A stretch of 45,062 bases of DNA from Candidatus Woesearchaeota archaeon (GTDB taxonomy: Archaea > Nanobdellota > Nanobdellia > Pacearchaeales > GW2011-AR1), in contig CAZHMB010000004.1 in assembly GCA_964533515.1 (NCBI GenBank), forward strand, positions 1-45,062, written 5' to 3'. The notes beneath the pieces were generated by a model, which did not search any database, was not told the origin of the DNA, and worked only from the letters and a program-made list of their open reading frames with translations. Made by a program: the position numbers and the translations under genes. This document shows, piece by piece, positions 1 through 9,906 of this stretch; within the stretch, counting starts at the first letter, position 1, and the number at the start of each line of letters is the position of its first letter.

Positions 1-2804
1 GCATCCCACGCTTCGCATGTGAATTGCATAGTGTAATATTGATTTTCATCATATTCATCATCAACGCAGTTTTCGTATACTGTAAATAGAAAAGCAATGA
101 TAACTGCTATGACTGCAGCGGGTCCAGATAAGATTATTACTGCAGCAATTGAACCAACAACCGATCCTCCAAAAGTTGACATCCCTTCTATAAAGACTTT
201 TGTTCTTCCGGGGCTCCAGTCTTGATTTTTTGCAATAGCCTTTCCAAGCTGATAACCTGCGAGGGCCCCGATGGCGGACCAAACAGCAACGGCTATACCT
301 TGTTTTAAAGAAGTTACAAAATTAGAATTAAGAATTCCTGGACCTCCAGGGTTAACAATTGTCCCTGACTGGGCTGCCGGAGTTCCAACAACATTTTCTA
401 TAACTGCCCCTTGGGGCACAGGTAAATTTACCAATTCCTTCCCTAACGGAAGCGTCTGTTTCCCACTAATAGATAAAAGACCCTGACCGTCTAATCCAAT
501 TGAAGTGCTAACCCCATTGAGATTATATGTTAGTGAGTCTCCCAATCGTAGAACTATTCTTGCTTCACCACCAACAGCCATCATCCCATTTGCTAGTGAA
601 GTTCCCGAACTTACAATTGGTGAGAAGGCTTGCCCCGCACCGCCCAAGCCAGAAATCCGGCCAGCACCAGATAATAATCCAGCTCCTGAAGTTACAGTTT
701 GAGCAAGCTCCATTATGGCATCCAGGTTTTCTGTATTCCCCGTACCTGCAATACTTGCCCGAGTTCTTTGGGTTATAGTATCAATATCTGCCTGATCTTC
801 TTGGGCTATAGTATTTCCAGTCAAGCCCCTTACAATGTTTCCGGTTAAACTTGTCATACTTCCAGCAGGAATCAACCCAATGCCAGATAAACTTTCTAAA
901 TATTCTGAAGAAAGATTATATCCTTCTACGCTTGCATTTTTATCATCTCCTTCAGCATCAATGTGGCCTCTTGTGATTGTAAAGCCCCCATCATAACCTA
1001 ATTCGCCAACAACATTTATTTTTGTTCCACATGAACCTATGGCCTGACACCTTTGGTTCAACGCCCCAAGAAAATTAGGAAGATCAACTGTTTTTATCGT
1101 TGAAGTCATACCGTTATAATTACATTCCCAATTCGCCTTATCATTCCAGGGATTACAATCAACATCTTTATCAATTAATTCAGAACTTCCCGCGCTAGCC
1201 ACACAAAGAGTGGTTTTCAACCAACTTTCAGGATCTTCTATGTCCTCGTCTTCTAATTCACATTTCCTTTTCATTTTACTCACGCATGTGAAACTTCCCA
1301 TGCTACACAAGGCCGTACTTTCTCCTTCACTTCCACCATAGCCCATACTACTACTTGTATTAGTATTTCCGACTACAGACAAATCATTCCAAAACTGAAA
1401 ACCGGGGGTGTATTTTGGAATACACCATGGAATAACTTTATTACTATCTTCCCCAATTGTCCCAACAGCACCTTGTTCCGAATTCAATTTTTCAGAATCA
1501 AAACCCGTAAAATATTCTCCATCACTTTTTTTCAATTTTTCCTCCCCGTATGCTTCATCAATCATAACACATTGTTGATATTTATCACATTCTGCTTTGA
1601 CAAGAGTATAACTTGTCTTGTCATTTGCTTGCAAGCAACTTTTCCAATTATTTACAAAACATTTTGCTTGTGTAAAACCAGAACTATTGTCTGATTGCTG
1701 AAAGCAAACTTCTTGATTGAAATCTGCACAACCTTCAATTGTTGTTTTTCCGTCGAGGCAAGTTGCTACTGAACTTCTCGCTCCAACCGGAGCTTGCCCA
1801 AAGATTTCGAGATTGTAATCATTAATACACCAATTTTCCCCGTGATCTTTACTCCCCCACCGAGTTTCACAACTTAAATCTCTACAAACATTATCTCCAA
1901 AAGTCGGCCGAATATCCATATTTGAATCATACTCTTGGCAAAAACTTCCCAAAAGGTAATCACAATTTCCGCAATCTTTACTTGCTGGAGAACATATACT
2001 TAAACTATTAGGAGAAATTATCTTATTCCAGTATTGGCTGTCATTTTGTTTTGAAGCATCGTATATATTAGCGATATTATCACAGGTATCCAAAAAGTAA
2101 ACTTGGTCTCTTCCTTCGACACATGTTGTTGTTTGTCCGGGAAGGCAGATAGTATTTAGATCGGTAGCAGTACACAAATAATCTTGATTGAAAACCCCCC
2201 CAAGAGATGAACATGATTCTTTAGTTGCAAAAGTACAATCTTTTTTTGGATAATAATCAATAGAGTCCAAAGTACATGCTCCTTTCTTTTGTAAATCACT
2301 ATAAGCATGGCAAGTTCCAGCAGAATCGAGAGGTCTCCAGTCTTTTTCAAGTTCATAAAGGTTAGATAATTGTAGACATTCTCTCGAAGTTGATTCTTTA
2401 GCTTGGTTTCCGATTATGCAACAACCAACTTGACAATACGGGACATCGCAACTTGCACTATCAAACCATTCCCCGCCTGAATCCACACAACCAGATTTCG
2501 GAGAATTCAAACTACATAGCCCTTCATCTGGATTGAAACAACAACCTTTTTGGCATTCATCAACTTCCTCGCATGAAGTTGCAACTATTCCCCCTTCACA
2601 TAATCCAGAATCCGCAGCCAGCATCTGCTGGCACGTTGCCCCAGAAGTTGTTTCTGGACAACAGCCCGTCGGTAAAAACTGGCTTGCTTCAACTTCAGGA
2701 AGGGTCAAAGAAACCATGTATGTAAAAGCTACAACAGACATTATCATTAGACCAACTTCAAACAAACTAACATTCCTCCATTTTTTGCTCATTTTTTTAA
2801 TCAT
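1..2804 (-). CDS. Giant Cys-rich secreted/membrane surface protein, truncated by the left window edge (>930 aa)
   Basis: Absent from the ORF track because no stop falls inside the window. Manual translation from ATG 2804: MIKKMSKKWRNVSLFEVGLMIMSVVAFTYMVSLTLPEVEASQFLPTGCCPETTSGATCQQM...CQKGCCFNPDEGLCSLNSPKSGCVDSGGEW...CQVGCC. The same frame is open at the edge (...GPAAVIAVIIAFLFTVYENCVDDEYDENQYYTMQFTCEAWD). N-terminal signal/TM segment. Start abuts the stop of the upstream gene. Confidence 0.85.
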   Translation of the reverse strand, partial: MIKKMSKKWRNVSLFEVGLMIMSVVAFTYMVSLTLPEVEASQFLPTGCCPETTSGATCQQMLAADSGLCEGGIVATSCEEVDECQKGCCFNPDEGLCSLNSPKSGCVDSGGEWFDSASCDVPYCQVGCCIIGNQAKESTSRECLQLSNLYELEKDWRPLDSAGTCHAYSDLQKKGACTLDSIDYYPKKDCTFATKESCSSLGGVFNQDYLCTATDLNTICLPGQTTTCVEGRDQVYFLDTCDNIANIYDASKQNDSQYWNKIISPNSLSICSPASKDCGNCDYLLGSFCQEYDSNMDIRPTFGDNVCRDLSCETRWGSKDHGENWCINDYNLEIFGQAPVGARSSVATCLDGKTTIEGCADFNQEVCFQQSDNSSGFTQAKCFVNNWKSCLQANDKTSYTLVKAECDKYQQCVMIDEAYGEEKLKKSDGEYFTGFDSEKLNSEQGAVGTIGEDSNKVIPWCIPKYTPGFQFWNDLSVVGNTNTSSSMGYGGSEGESTALCSMGSFTCVSKMKRKCELEDEDIEDPESWLKTTLCVASAGSSELIDKDVDCNPWNDKANWECNYNGMTSTIKTVDLPNFLGALNQRCQAIGSCGTKINVVGELGYDGGFTITRGHIDAEGDDKNASVEGYNLSSEYLESLSGIGLIPAGSMTSLTGNIVRGLTGNTIAQEDQADIDTITQRTRASIAGTGNTENLDAIMELAQTVTSGAGLLSGAGRISGLGGAGQAFSPIVSSGTSLANGMMAVGGEARIVLRLGDSLTYNLNGVSTSIGLDGQGLLSISGKQTLPLGKELVNLPVPQGAVIENVVGTPAAQSGTIVNPGGPGILNSNFVTSLKQGIAVAVWSAIGALAGYQLGKAIAKNQDWSPGRTKVFIEGMSTFGGSVVGSIAAVIILSGPAAVIAVIIAFLFTVYENCVDDEYDENQYYTMQFTCEAWD

Positions 2805-3566
2805 TTAAATCCCCGCAGGCAATACACATGTTTTAACTGCAAACTTTAATTCTTCCTCAGTATCTAAATCTTTTATAGTATAGACTTTAGTCTGGTCACT
2901 TGCCCGGAACCTTTCAATTTTGACATCTGTATGAAGTGCCTGCCATTTCAATTTGTCAAATTCACATAAAGTAGATTCATAATTCACAATGGTTTGCGCA
3001 AGACTAATCAACTTGTAAAAAGAGCTTTTGATCTCAACATTAAATTCATCATAAACCTCAGTTGTCTCGCCTTTCGTTATAACAAAATTCCCATTGACTT
3101 TTGCTAGAACCTCTTCTTCCTTAAAACTAACTTCGACCTCAGGATTTTGAAAAGAGACCTTGTAGCCTCGAGATTCCAAATCTTTTTTGATGTCTGAGAA
3201 TTCATCTTCAATGAGGGGTTGCAAATAGTTTTCCAAATCAGTTTTTATCTTTCCCACAAACATCGGTTCTTGGGGCATACAGGGGGTATAAAATTCAGAG
3301 ACGGTACATAGGTAAGGGACCCTTTCACCATAATAAACAATAAAGTTGTCTTCTATGGGATTTATGTAACCATTATTCTCCAGGGCCGTGACAGTTATAG
3401 TTTCAAGCTCTCCATAAACCAAACTTTCGACCCTTTCTTTTGGATTTTCATCCCCAACAAATCTCTCAAAAGGATTTCCCACAAAAATAAAAACAATGAT
3501 CGCAGCAACAACTATCACGATCCCCACAACCACAAATAGGCTAATTTGTCCGGATTTACTTTCCAT
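2805..3566 (-). CDS. Pilin-like protein with class III signal peptide
   Basis: N-terminus MESKSG|QISLFVVVGIVIVVAAIIVFIF matches the archaeal class III (prepilin) signal pattern. Conserved-looking Cys motif VPYLC...PC. Confidence 0.75.
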   Translation of the reverse strand: MESKSGQISLFVVVGIVIVVAAIIVFIFVGNPFERFVGDENPKERVESLVYGELETITVTALENNGYINPIEDNFIVYYGERVPYLCTVSEFYTPCMPQEPMFVGKIKTDLENYLQPLIEDEFSDIKKDLESRGYKVSFQNPEVEVSFKEEEVLAKVNGNFVITKGETTEVYDEFNVEIKSSFYKLISLAQTIVNYESTLCEFDKLKWQALHTDVKIERFRASDQTKVYTIKDLDTEEELKFAVKTCVLPAGI

Positions 3567-3771
3567 TGTTACCCCAATAATTTAATTTTGCTTTTCCAAT
3601 AGGCCTAACCCAGATTTTCCCTTCTCCTTTAAGTTCAGCAAGAGCGACAGCGACAGTATTCCTTGACATTTTACCCAGTTTAGAAATCTCCACAATGGTC
3701 AAACCCTCTTTATGATTTTTCAAAACTTCAGAAACAATATCTTTTTTTGACTCTTCTTTTCTTTTAAACAT
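3556..3771 (-). CDS. Small winged-HTH DNA-binding protein
   Basis: GLTIVEISKLGKMSRNTVAVALAELKGEGKIWVRPIGKAKLNY is a typical wHTH pattern. Overlaps the downstream gene start. Confidence 0.75.
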   Translation of the reverse strand: MFKRKEESKKDIVSEVLKNHKEGLTIVEISKLGKMSRNTVAVALAELKGEGKIWVRPIGKAKLNYWGNNGK

Positions 3772-3859
3772 TTTATCTCTTTCTTATGCGTTAATGCACA
3801 GCACTAAAAGTTAGCATAGATACTATCCCTTAAGACTAATTGTTAATGTTCAAAGAAGT

Positions 3860-4522
3860 TTATAAATCTTTTGTATATTTTTTCAAAAGCCAGAACAAAA
3901 TTAAATTTGTTACACCCACAGTTAGAAATATCATTAAAAACCAAAACAGTTCATAGGGAATTGTTGCAAATATTCCCAAAGGAATACAGCTTTCAAAGAC
4001 ACAATTCATATTTACATCAATAGGAGTTAACAATCTTCCAAATACAAACAATATAACCGCTTCAAGTAAACTAAGTTTCCAGGCGTTCTTCAATCTTTTA
4101 TGGTCTTTTTCTTTTTTTAATCTTCTCTTCCCGTTTTTTGCAATTAAATAAATACAGAATATAACAAGCGGAAGAAAATAAACATGCTGTAAACTTATAA
4201 ATCTTGAGGTATTAGCGAATCCTTCTACGAAAAAATAACTTGTTACACCCCAAAGAGGCCTTCTGGTTAGAAACTCATGAAAAAAATCAATATTCCAAAA
4301 TATCAGCGGAAGAAAAGAGATATTAAGTTGTCCGACAATCAAAAAGATATTCCTAAAAAAGATTCCCAGACCAGACAAAACCAGGGCGATATAACAAAAC
4401 CACAAGACCTGGTAAGTTCTTCCAACGGCAAGTGAATAAATAATCGCAATTAGGCCTGTGGCGAATAGAAACAGCCCAGCAATATCTAAAAATATTTCCT
4501 TCCAACCTCTTTCTTTTTCCAT
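3860..4522 (-). CDS. Multi-pass membrane protein, unknown function
   Basis: 220 aa with about 6 hydrophobic segments; WFCY, QH and NMNC motifs. Confidence 0.7.
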   Translation of the reverse strand: MEKERGWKEIFLDIAGLFLFATGLIAIIYSLAVGRTYQVLWFCYIALVLSGLGIFFRNIFLIVGQLNISFLPLIFWNIDFFHEFLTRRPLWGVTSYFFVEGFANTSRFISLQHVYFLPLVIFCIYLIAKNGKRRLKKEKDHKRLKNAWKLSLLEAVILFVFGRLLTPIDVNMNCVFESCIPLGIFATIPYELFWFLMIFLTVGVTNLILFWLLKKYTKDL

Positions 4523-4713
4523 AAACTAAGAAACAAAACAGAATTTTTAATGTTTCCGGTTTTTCCCACTTTCTAGTAAAACACGAAATAGCAAGCTTTT
4601 TAAGGCAAAATCAAGTATTTGAGACATGGCAAATGCCAAGAAAAACGAAGATGATGAAGACTCTTCAAGTTTAGAAGCGAAAATAAATCTATCAAATTGC
4701 TAATTAAAACAAA

Positions 4714-5988
4714 ATGTTAACAAAGATATTAAGTAAAATAAGATTTGAGCTAAAAAGCCTGGTCCATAGGCCATTGAAGGTGGGAATGATAACTACCCAA
4801 TACCCCGAAAAATCAGGGACAACGAAAGGGGTAGCGATACATGTGCACAACCTTTCAGAATGTCTTGCAAAGCTGGGCTGCGAAGTACACATTTTCACCG
4901 TTGGAAAAAAAGAAACTACATCTACAGAGTATCTCGGAGATGGAAAGAGAATAGTGCATAAGATTAACACAGACATAGGATTCCGCAACAAAGATTTTAT
5001 GGTTGAGAAAAGACTTTCCCGTATGATTTTTGATACAAAGATAATAAACGAAGTAATGAAAGAAAGTGCGAAGGAAAAGTTTGACATTATTCATTCTCAC
5101 ATAACCATGACAGGGGCATTAATGTCCAAATATTTTGCAAATACAAAATGGGTGCATACTTTTCATTCTCTAGAAAAAAACAGCCTTGAATTTATGTCAA
5201 AGGAAGAGAAAAAATATCAAAAGATCAGTCGTTGGATGGAAGACATCGCTAACTATGCGGATTCTTTAATCACTGTTTCAGAAAGATTGAAGGAGGAAGT
5301 ATCTGAGGAGTATTCTATACCGAAGGAAAAAATATTCGCTATAAACAACGGGGTTAACTTAGAATTATTCCAACCCACAGAAGAAATAAGAGAGAAAAAC
5401 ATTTTATATGTGGGAAGATTTAGTTCTGAAAAAGGGATAGATTTGCTTATAGATATAATCAAAGAGACATTAAAAGAAGACAATAAATTAAAGTTTACTA
5501 TTGTGGCCAGACCATATGAAAAAATGCCAAGTGCAATGGAAAAAACCCAGGGGGAACTAGAACAGCTGGCCGAAAAATATCCAGAGAATGTTTTCTGGAT
5601 AAAAGATATTTTAACTCCAGAGTCTCTGAAGAAATTATACAACCAATCAATAATTTACATTCAACCTTCGAGGTATGATTCTTTTCCCACAACAGTATTA
5701 GAAGCAATGGCTTGCGGCAATGCTGTTATCTGTTCTTCAAAAGGAGGGATGCCCGAGATGGTGGATAACGCCGGAAGCATTGTAGATCTTGACAAGAAAG
5801 CATTTTCTTCAGAAATTTTGAAATTGGTGAAAGATTATCGTCTTAGAGAGAGATATTCTCGTAGGGCCCTCAAGAGGGTAGAACTATTCAGTTGGGAAGA
5901 CATAGCCCAAAAAACGCTTCTTGTCTACAAAAAAATTATAGGAATATTAAAGAAAGGAGAAGATAAATATGGAATCACCCAAACCTAA
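4714..5988 (+). CDS. Glycosyltransferase family 4 (GT-B)
   Basis: FDIIHSH, NGVN, YVGRFSSEKG and PSRYDSFPTTVLEAMACG motifs. Confidence 0.92.
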   Translation: MLTKILSKIRFELKSLVHRPLKVGMITTQYPEKSGTTKGVAIHVHNLSECLAKLGCEVHIFTVGKKETTSTEYLGDGKRIVHKINTDIGFRNKDFMVEKRLSRMIFDTKIINEVMKESAKEKFDIIHSHITMTGALMSKYFANTKWVHTFHSLEKNSLEFMSKEEKKYQKISRWMEDIANYADSLITVSERLKEEVSEEYSIPKEKIFAINNGVNLELFQPTEEIREKNILYVGRFSSEKGIDLLIDIIKETLKEDNKLKFTIVARPYEKMPSAMEKTQGELEQLAEKYPENVFWIKDILTPESLKKLYNQSIIYIQPSRYDSFPTTVLEAMACGNAVICSSKGGMPEMVDNAGSIVDLDKKAFSSEILKLVKDYRLRERYSRRALKRVELFSWEDIAQKTLLVYKKIIGILKKGEDKYGITQT

Positions 5989-6742
5989 AGTTTCTGTATT
6001 AATGCCTGTATGGAACGAGGAAGAACATATCGCAGAAGCTATAGAATCAATTATAAACCAAACCTTCAAGAACTGGGAATTAATTATCATAGACGACATC
6101 TCTGAGGACGATACTATTAATATCGCAAGGCAGTATTCAAAGAAGGACAAAAGAATAAGAGTTGTTAAATTAGAAAATAAAGGTTATCGCACAGGAGCTT
6201 TAAATGCAGGATTAAAAAATGCAAGGGGAAAGTATATTGCCTTTTTAGACGGGGACGACCTATATCTTCCAAAAAAACTAGAGTTACAAGTAGATTTCAT
6301 AGAAAAAAATTTTGATGTTGGTGTGGTGTATTCAGATATAGAGACTTTTGGGGAAATAGATAAGTTAATTATAGGGATAGATTTCAAGGAAAATCCCCTA
6401 GAGACGTTAAAAGAGTTATCAATAAAAGATAAAAAAGAATTGACTAAAAGGTCTATTGGAAAGCTCATGGACGAAAAAGAAGGGAAATATATCCCCGGTG
6501 CAACGGCAATGATTCGTAAGAGCATAATAGGAAAAAACAGATTTGATGAGAATCTTCAAACAATTCAGGATTATGATTTTTGGTTCCAATTAATTGGAAA
6601 AGGGGTTATTTTTAAAAGAGTTCCATTGAAATCCTACAAATATCGGGTTCACTCCGGACAGATATCAAAAAATAGAAAAAGAGGAGAGAAATCAGCGAGA
6701 TACATTATAAAAAAGCTAAGATCGGGAGCATATTTTAAATAA
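5969..6742 (+). CDS. Glycosyltransferase family 2 (GT-A)
   Basis: PKVSVLMPVWNEE, IIIDDISED, ARGKYIAFLDGDD and QDYDFW motifs. Confidence 0.93.
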   Translation: MESPKPKVSVLMPVWNEEEHIAEAIESIINQTFKNWELIIIDDISEDDTINIARQYSKKDKRIRVVKLENKGYRTGALNAGLKNARGKYIAFLDGDDLYLPKKLELQVDFIEKNFDVGVVYSDIETFGEIDKLIIGIDFKENPLETLKELSIKDKKELTKRSIGKLMDEKEGKYIPGATAMIRKSIIGKNRFDENLQTIQDYDFWFQLIGKGVIFKRVPLKSYKYRVHSGQISKNRKRGEKSARYIIKKLRSGAYFK

Positions 6743-7774
6743 ATGAGAATTCTTATTTGTTCAGATAGATTTCCCTCGCTGGGGGGGATTGCGAAACATA
6801 TGGGGGACATTGCAAAAGAACTGAAGAGCAGAGGACATTCCGTAACAATATTGACTAGGAAAGAAAAAGGCCCTAAAGTTATTGAAGGAATAAAAATAGA
6901 ACGGGTTGCTTGGAGCAATTTGAATAGTTACATGTGCAAAAATGGGAATAATTTTGATATGGTAATCGTGGGGTGGTATATTTATTTAAATTCTGCCCTA
7001 GATTTCTTTAATGAAGTAATTTATATTTTACCTTCCTCTAGAAAAAGAACCCTCGGTGTCTTAAAAAAGTATGGCACTGTTATCGAGAAAATAAGTGATA
7101 GAATCGCCTTGGAAAAAAGAGGTTTAGTTAGATGCAAAAAGATTATCTATCCAAGTAATAATATCCAAAAACAAATCTTGGAAGATTATAAAATAAAAAA
7201 GGGAAAAGTGATTCATCATGGGATAGATTTAAAACCGTTTGGAAAAGGTAATCAGTCTAAGAAAAATTATGCATTAACTGTAGCAAATTTTAGCCCCCAA
7301 AAAGGAATTGATAAACTTATACATGTAGCAAGGGCATCCCAAAATAAATTTATTGTTTTAGGCGATGGAGAAAAAAGGGGAGATTATGAAAAATTAATAA
7401 AAAAATATTCTCTCGGAAAAAGAATTTTTTTAGAGGGACAAAAAAAACCTCTTAAATATTATGCTCAATCAAAAATCTATGTACTTCCCTCAAGATACGA
7501 GGCCTTCGGCCTAGTTCTCCTTGAAGCAATGGCCTCCGGCCTTCCATGTATTGCCTTCAAGCCAGACGGAAAAAAGATAATCACCGCTTCAGATGAAATA
7601 ATAAAAGACAAAAAAACAGGTTTCTTAGTAAAAGATGAAAAAGAAATGGCAGAAAAAATTGATCTTCTTCTGTCTGACGAAAAACTAAGGAAAAAAATGG
7701 GAAAAGCTGCTAGAAAAGAAGCTGAAAAATATTCTATCAAAAAAGAAGTAGAGAAAATCTTGGATTACAAATGA
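6743..7774 (+). CDS. Glycosyltransferase family 4
   Basis: PSLGG, HGID, QKGID and PSRYEAFGLVLLEAMASGLP motifs. Confidence 0.92.
   Translation: MRILICSDRFPSLGGIAKHMGDIAKELKSRGHSVTILTRKEKGPKVIEGIKIERVAWSNLNSYMCKNGNNFDMVIVGWYIYLNSALDFFNEVIYILPSSRKRTLGVLKKYGTVIEKISDRIALEKRGLVRCKKIIYPSNNIQKQILEDYKIKKGKVIHHGIDLKPFGKGNQSKKNYALTVANFSPQKGIDKLIHVARASQNKFIVLGDGEKRGDYEKLIKKYSLGKRIFLEGQKKPLKYYAQSKIYVLPSRYEAFGLVLLEAMASGLPCIAFKPDGKKIITASDEIIKDKKTGFLVKDEKEMAEKIDLLLSDEKLRKKMGKAARKEAEKYSIKKEVEKILDYK
7495..7735 (+). repeat. 241-bp direct repeat, copy 1 (GT4 C-terminal domain)
   Basis: atacgaggccttcggcc...gctgaaaaatattct appears identical by eye to 8598-8838 (offset 1103). Confidence 0.95.
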
Positions 7775-8895
7775 AAATATTAATAGAAGCATTTAATTTC
7801 TATCCGGTCCTAGGGGGAGTTGAAAGAAGCATCCTGGAGATTTCAAAAGAATTTCAGAAAAAAGGTCACGAGGTTTCTGTAATTTGCTCAAATTTAAGTA
7901 ACAAGCTTGCTTCAAAAGAGACATACAAGGGAATTAAAATAATTCGATACCCTATTCCCTACTTAAATAAAAAAATAAAATTTCTTTGGCCATTATTTCA
8001 TAGGAAAGTCATAAGAAAATACCTCAGGGCATTGCCCAATGATTTTGATATTATTTTTTGTTCTAATTTTTTATACGGGGGGTTGAATAAGAAGATTTTT
8101 CGCAATGCCGAGATTATTTATCGTCTCCCGGTCATTATCAAAGAAAATTTAAAATCTAAAATGGAGGTGGGGGTTGGCTTTTTCATATATTCTAAGATAG
8201 TTGAAAGAATAGAAAGAAGGACTGTTAAAGAGAATAAAATAATGGTTTATAGTAGAAATTTAGTAGCTCAAATAAAAAAGGCGCATTCTATCTATTCAGA
8301 TAAAATAAGAGTTATTCGTCCAGGAATTGATATGGATAAGTTCAACCCAGGAAAGGGGGACAAATATCCTGTAATAAGTGTTTGTAGATTTGCCCCAGAA
8401 AAGAATCTCCTTTCATTAGTTAAAGTTTTTCAGAAATCACAAAATAGAATCTATCTTGTTGGAGAAGGGGGGGAAGGGGCAAAATTGATTAAAAGTATCA
8501 AACAAAACAGGTTAGAGAAAAAGATAATTTTGTTGGGAGGAAAGAAAAACCCCGAAGATTATTTAAAAAAATCCAAGATTTTTCTTTTGACTTCTAAATA
8601 CGAGGCCTTCGGCCTAGTTCTCCTTGAAGCAATGGCCTCCGGCCTTCCATGTATTGCCTTCAAGCCAGACGGAAAAAAGATAATCACCGCTTCAGATGAA
8701 ATAATAAAAGACAAAAAAACAGGTTTCTTAGTAAAAGATGAAAAAGAAATGGCAGAAAAAATTGATCTTCTTCTGTCTGACGAAAAACTAAGGAAAAAAA
8801 TGGGAAAAGCTGCTAGAAAAGAAGCTGAAAAATATTCTTGGGAAAAATGTGCAGAAGAGATACTAAAATTCGCAAACAAAAAACCTAAATACTAA
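7771..8895 (+). CDS. Glycosyltransferase family 4
   Basis: PVLGGVE, PGID, RFAPEKN, YEAFGLVLLEAMASGLP and YSWE motifs. ATGA overlap with the previous gene. Confidence 0.92.
   Translation: MKILIEAFNFYPVLGGVERSILEISKEFQKKGHEVSVICSNLSNKLASKETYKGIKIIRYPIPYLNKKIKFLWPLFHRKVIRKYLRALPNDFDIIFCSNFLYGGLNKKIFRNAEIIYRLPVIIKENLKSKMEVGVGFFIYSKIVERIERRTVKENKIMVYSRNLVAQIKKAHSIYSDKIRVIRPGIDMDKFNPGKGDKYPVISVCRFAPEKNLLSLVKVFQKSQNRIYLVGEGGEGAKLIKSIKQNRLEKKIILLGGKKNPEDYLKKSKIFLLTSKYEAFGLVLLEAMASGLPCIAFKPDGKKIITASDEIIKDKKTGFLVKDEKEMAEKIDLLLSDEKLRKKMGKAARKEAEKYSWEKCAEEILKFANKKPKY
8598..8838 (+). repeat. 241-bp direct repeat, copy 2 (GT4 C-terminal domain)
   Basis: Appears identical to 7495-7735; both proteins share YEAFG...KEAEKYS. 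Confidence 0.95.
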
Positions 8896-8931
8896 ACCTT
8901 AAAAACCCCTCAGGCTTATAAAATTTATCAA

Positions 8932-9537
8932 ATGGCAGATTTAAACTCGACTTTGACGGCCGCATCAAAATATAGCTCAGAGATATTTGGGATGGACAGC
9001 AACCAGTTATTTTTGAACATCGCGCTAGCGATTGCAATTTTAATTATAGGAATATTTTTAGGGAAGATAGTTAACTTCCTTCTTAGAAAACTATTCCAAC
9101 AATTCGAGTTAAAAAAGAAAATAAGGAGCAGTTTCATAAGTCTTTTCCTTGTAGTAGTGAGGTGGTCAATATATCTTGTATTCCTCTCCTTAGCTATTAA
9201 TAGGTTAGGGATCCCTGCTTTAGCTCACCTCTTAACGACTGTCCTAATTACAATACCCGCGTTTGTGGCGGCATTAGTTTTGATATCAATAGGTTTCGCA
9301 ATTGCGGTATACCTGAGGGATGTCGTTGAAGACGCAGAAGTAACTGGTTGGGATTTAATATCTAGAATACTTTTCTATTTTGTTCTCTTTGTTTTTGGAG
9401 TTTATGCTTTACGTGTTGCATTGATAGCCTTTGATCCTTTAACAACCAACGCGATAATAGTTGTTTTGACAGCCGTAATAGCTTCTGCAATGGCGTATAT
9501 AATCGCAAAGAAAGAAACTAGAAAGGCTTCCCAATAA
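8932..9537 (+). CDS. Membrane protein with conserved TM-helix repeats (CmpX / MscS N-terminal-like)
   Basis: About 5 TM helices; patterns AILIIGIFLGKIV and IPAFVAALVLISIG. Confidence 0.6.
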   Translation: MADLNSTLTAASKYSSEIFGMDSNQLFLNIALAIAILIIGIFLGKIVNFLLRKLFQQFELKKKIRSSFISLFLVVVRWSIYLVFLSLAINRLGIPALAHLLTTVLITIPAFVAALVLISIGFAIAVYLRDVVEDAEVTGWDLISRILFYFVLFVFGVYALRVALIAFDPLTTNAIIVVLTAVIASAMAYIIAKKETRKASQ

Positions 9538-9560
9538 TTTTAAACCAGTTTTTTTGTTAC

Positions 9561-9597
9561 CAAAACCTTTAAATACTTCTATGAATTATATTTCATA
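9561..9597 (+). promoter_or_regulatory. BRE/TATA promoter plus ArsR/SmtB-type operator
   Basis: caaaaccTTTAAATA (TATA 9568-9575), then the inverted repeat TATGAA-ttatat-TTCATA (9580-9597) overlapping the arsR start codon. Confidence 0.7.
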
Positions 9598-9905
9598 TGT
9601 TAAAAGATTCATGTAGATGCCCAGAAAAGTCGTATCCTATTTTTTTTAGAAATCTTGCAAATTCATTAAAGATAAATATAATTATTTCATTAAGGAAAAA
9701 TCCAAAATCGGTAAATGAAATTGTTGCTGATTTAAAACAAGAACAGAGTAAGATTTCTCACGCGTTAACAACTTTAAGTCATTGCCATATTGTAGAAGTT
9801 GAACAAAAAGGCAAACAGAGAATTTACAGTTTAAACAAAGAGACAATTGTCCCAATTCTAAATATAATCGACAAACACAAGTGCAAGCATTGTCAAGCGA
9901 AGTAA
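9597..9905 (+). CDS. ArsR/SmtB family metalloregulator
   Basis: FFRNLANSLKINII...KSVNEIV...EQSKISHALTTL...GKQRIYSLN; Cys/His-rich termini. Confidence 0.88.
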   Translation: MLKDSCRCPEKSYPIFFRNLANSLKINIIISLRKNPKSVNEIVADLKQEQSKISHALTTLSHCHIVEVEQKGKQRIYSLNKETIVPILNIIDKHKCKHCQAK

Positions 9906-9906
9906 A

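Noticed and set aside
2195-2201. C7/G7 homopolymer as a frameshift or phase-variation site in the giant protein
   Set aside because: The frame reads through correctly (SLGGVFNQ); similar G runs occur in other intact genes; no evidence of slippage.
61-2808. Short ORF-track entries (61-282, 271-486, 505-702, 527-778, 1473-1694, 2156-2356, 2533-2808)
   Set aside because: They are shadows or alternative frames of the single large minus-strand CDS 1-2804.
4626-4703. 25-aa ORF MANAKKNEDDEDSSSLEAKINLSNC upstream of the GT cluster
   Set aside because: Too short and without a motif; it could be a leader or remnant but cannot be supported.
7495-8838. GT4 or pilin repeats as DGR template/variable regions
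   Set aside because: No adenine-specific mismatch pattern, no reverse transcriptase in the window, and both copies lie within coding conserved domains.
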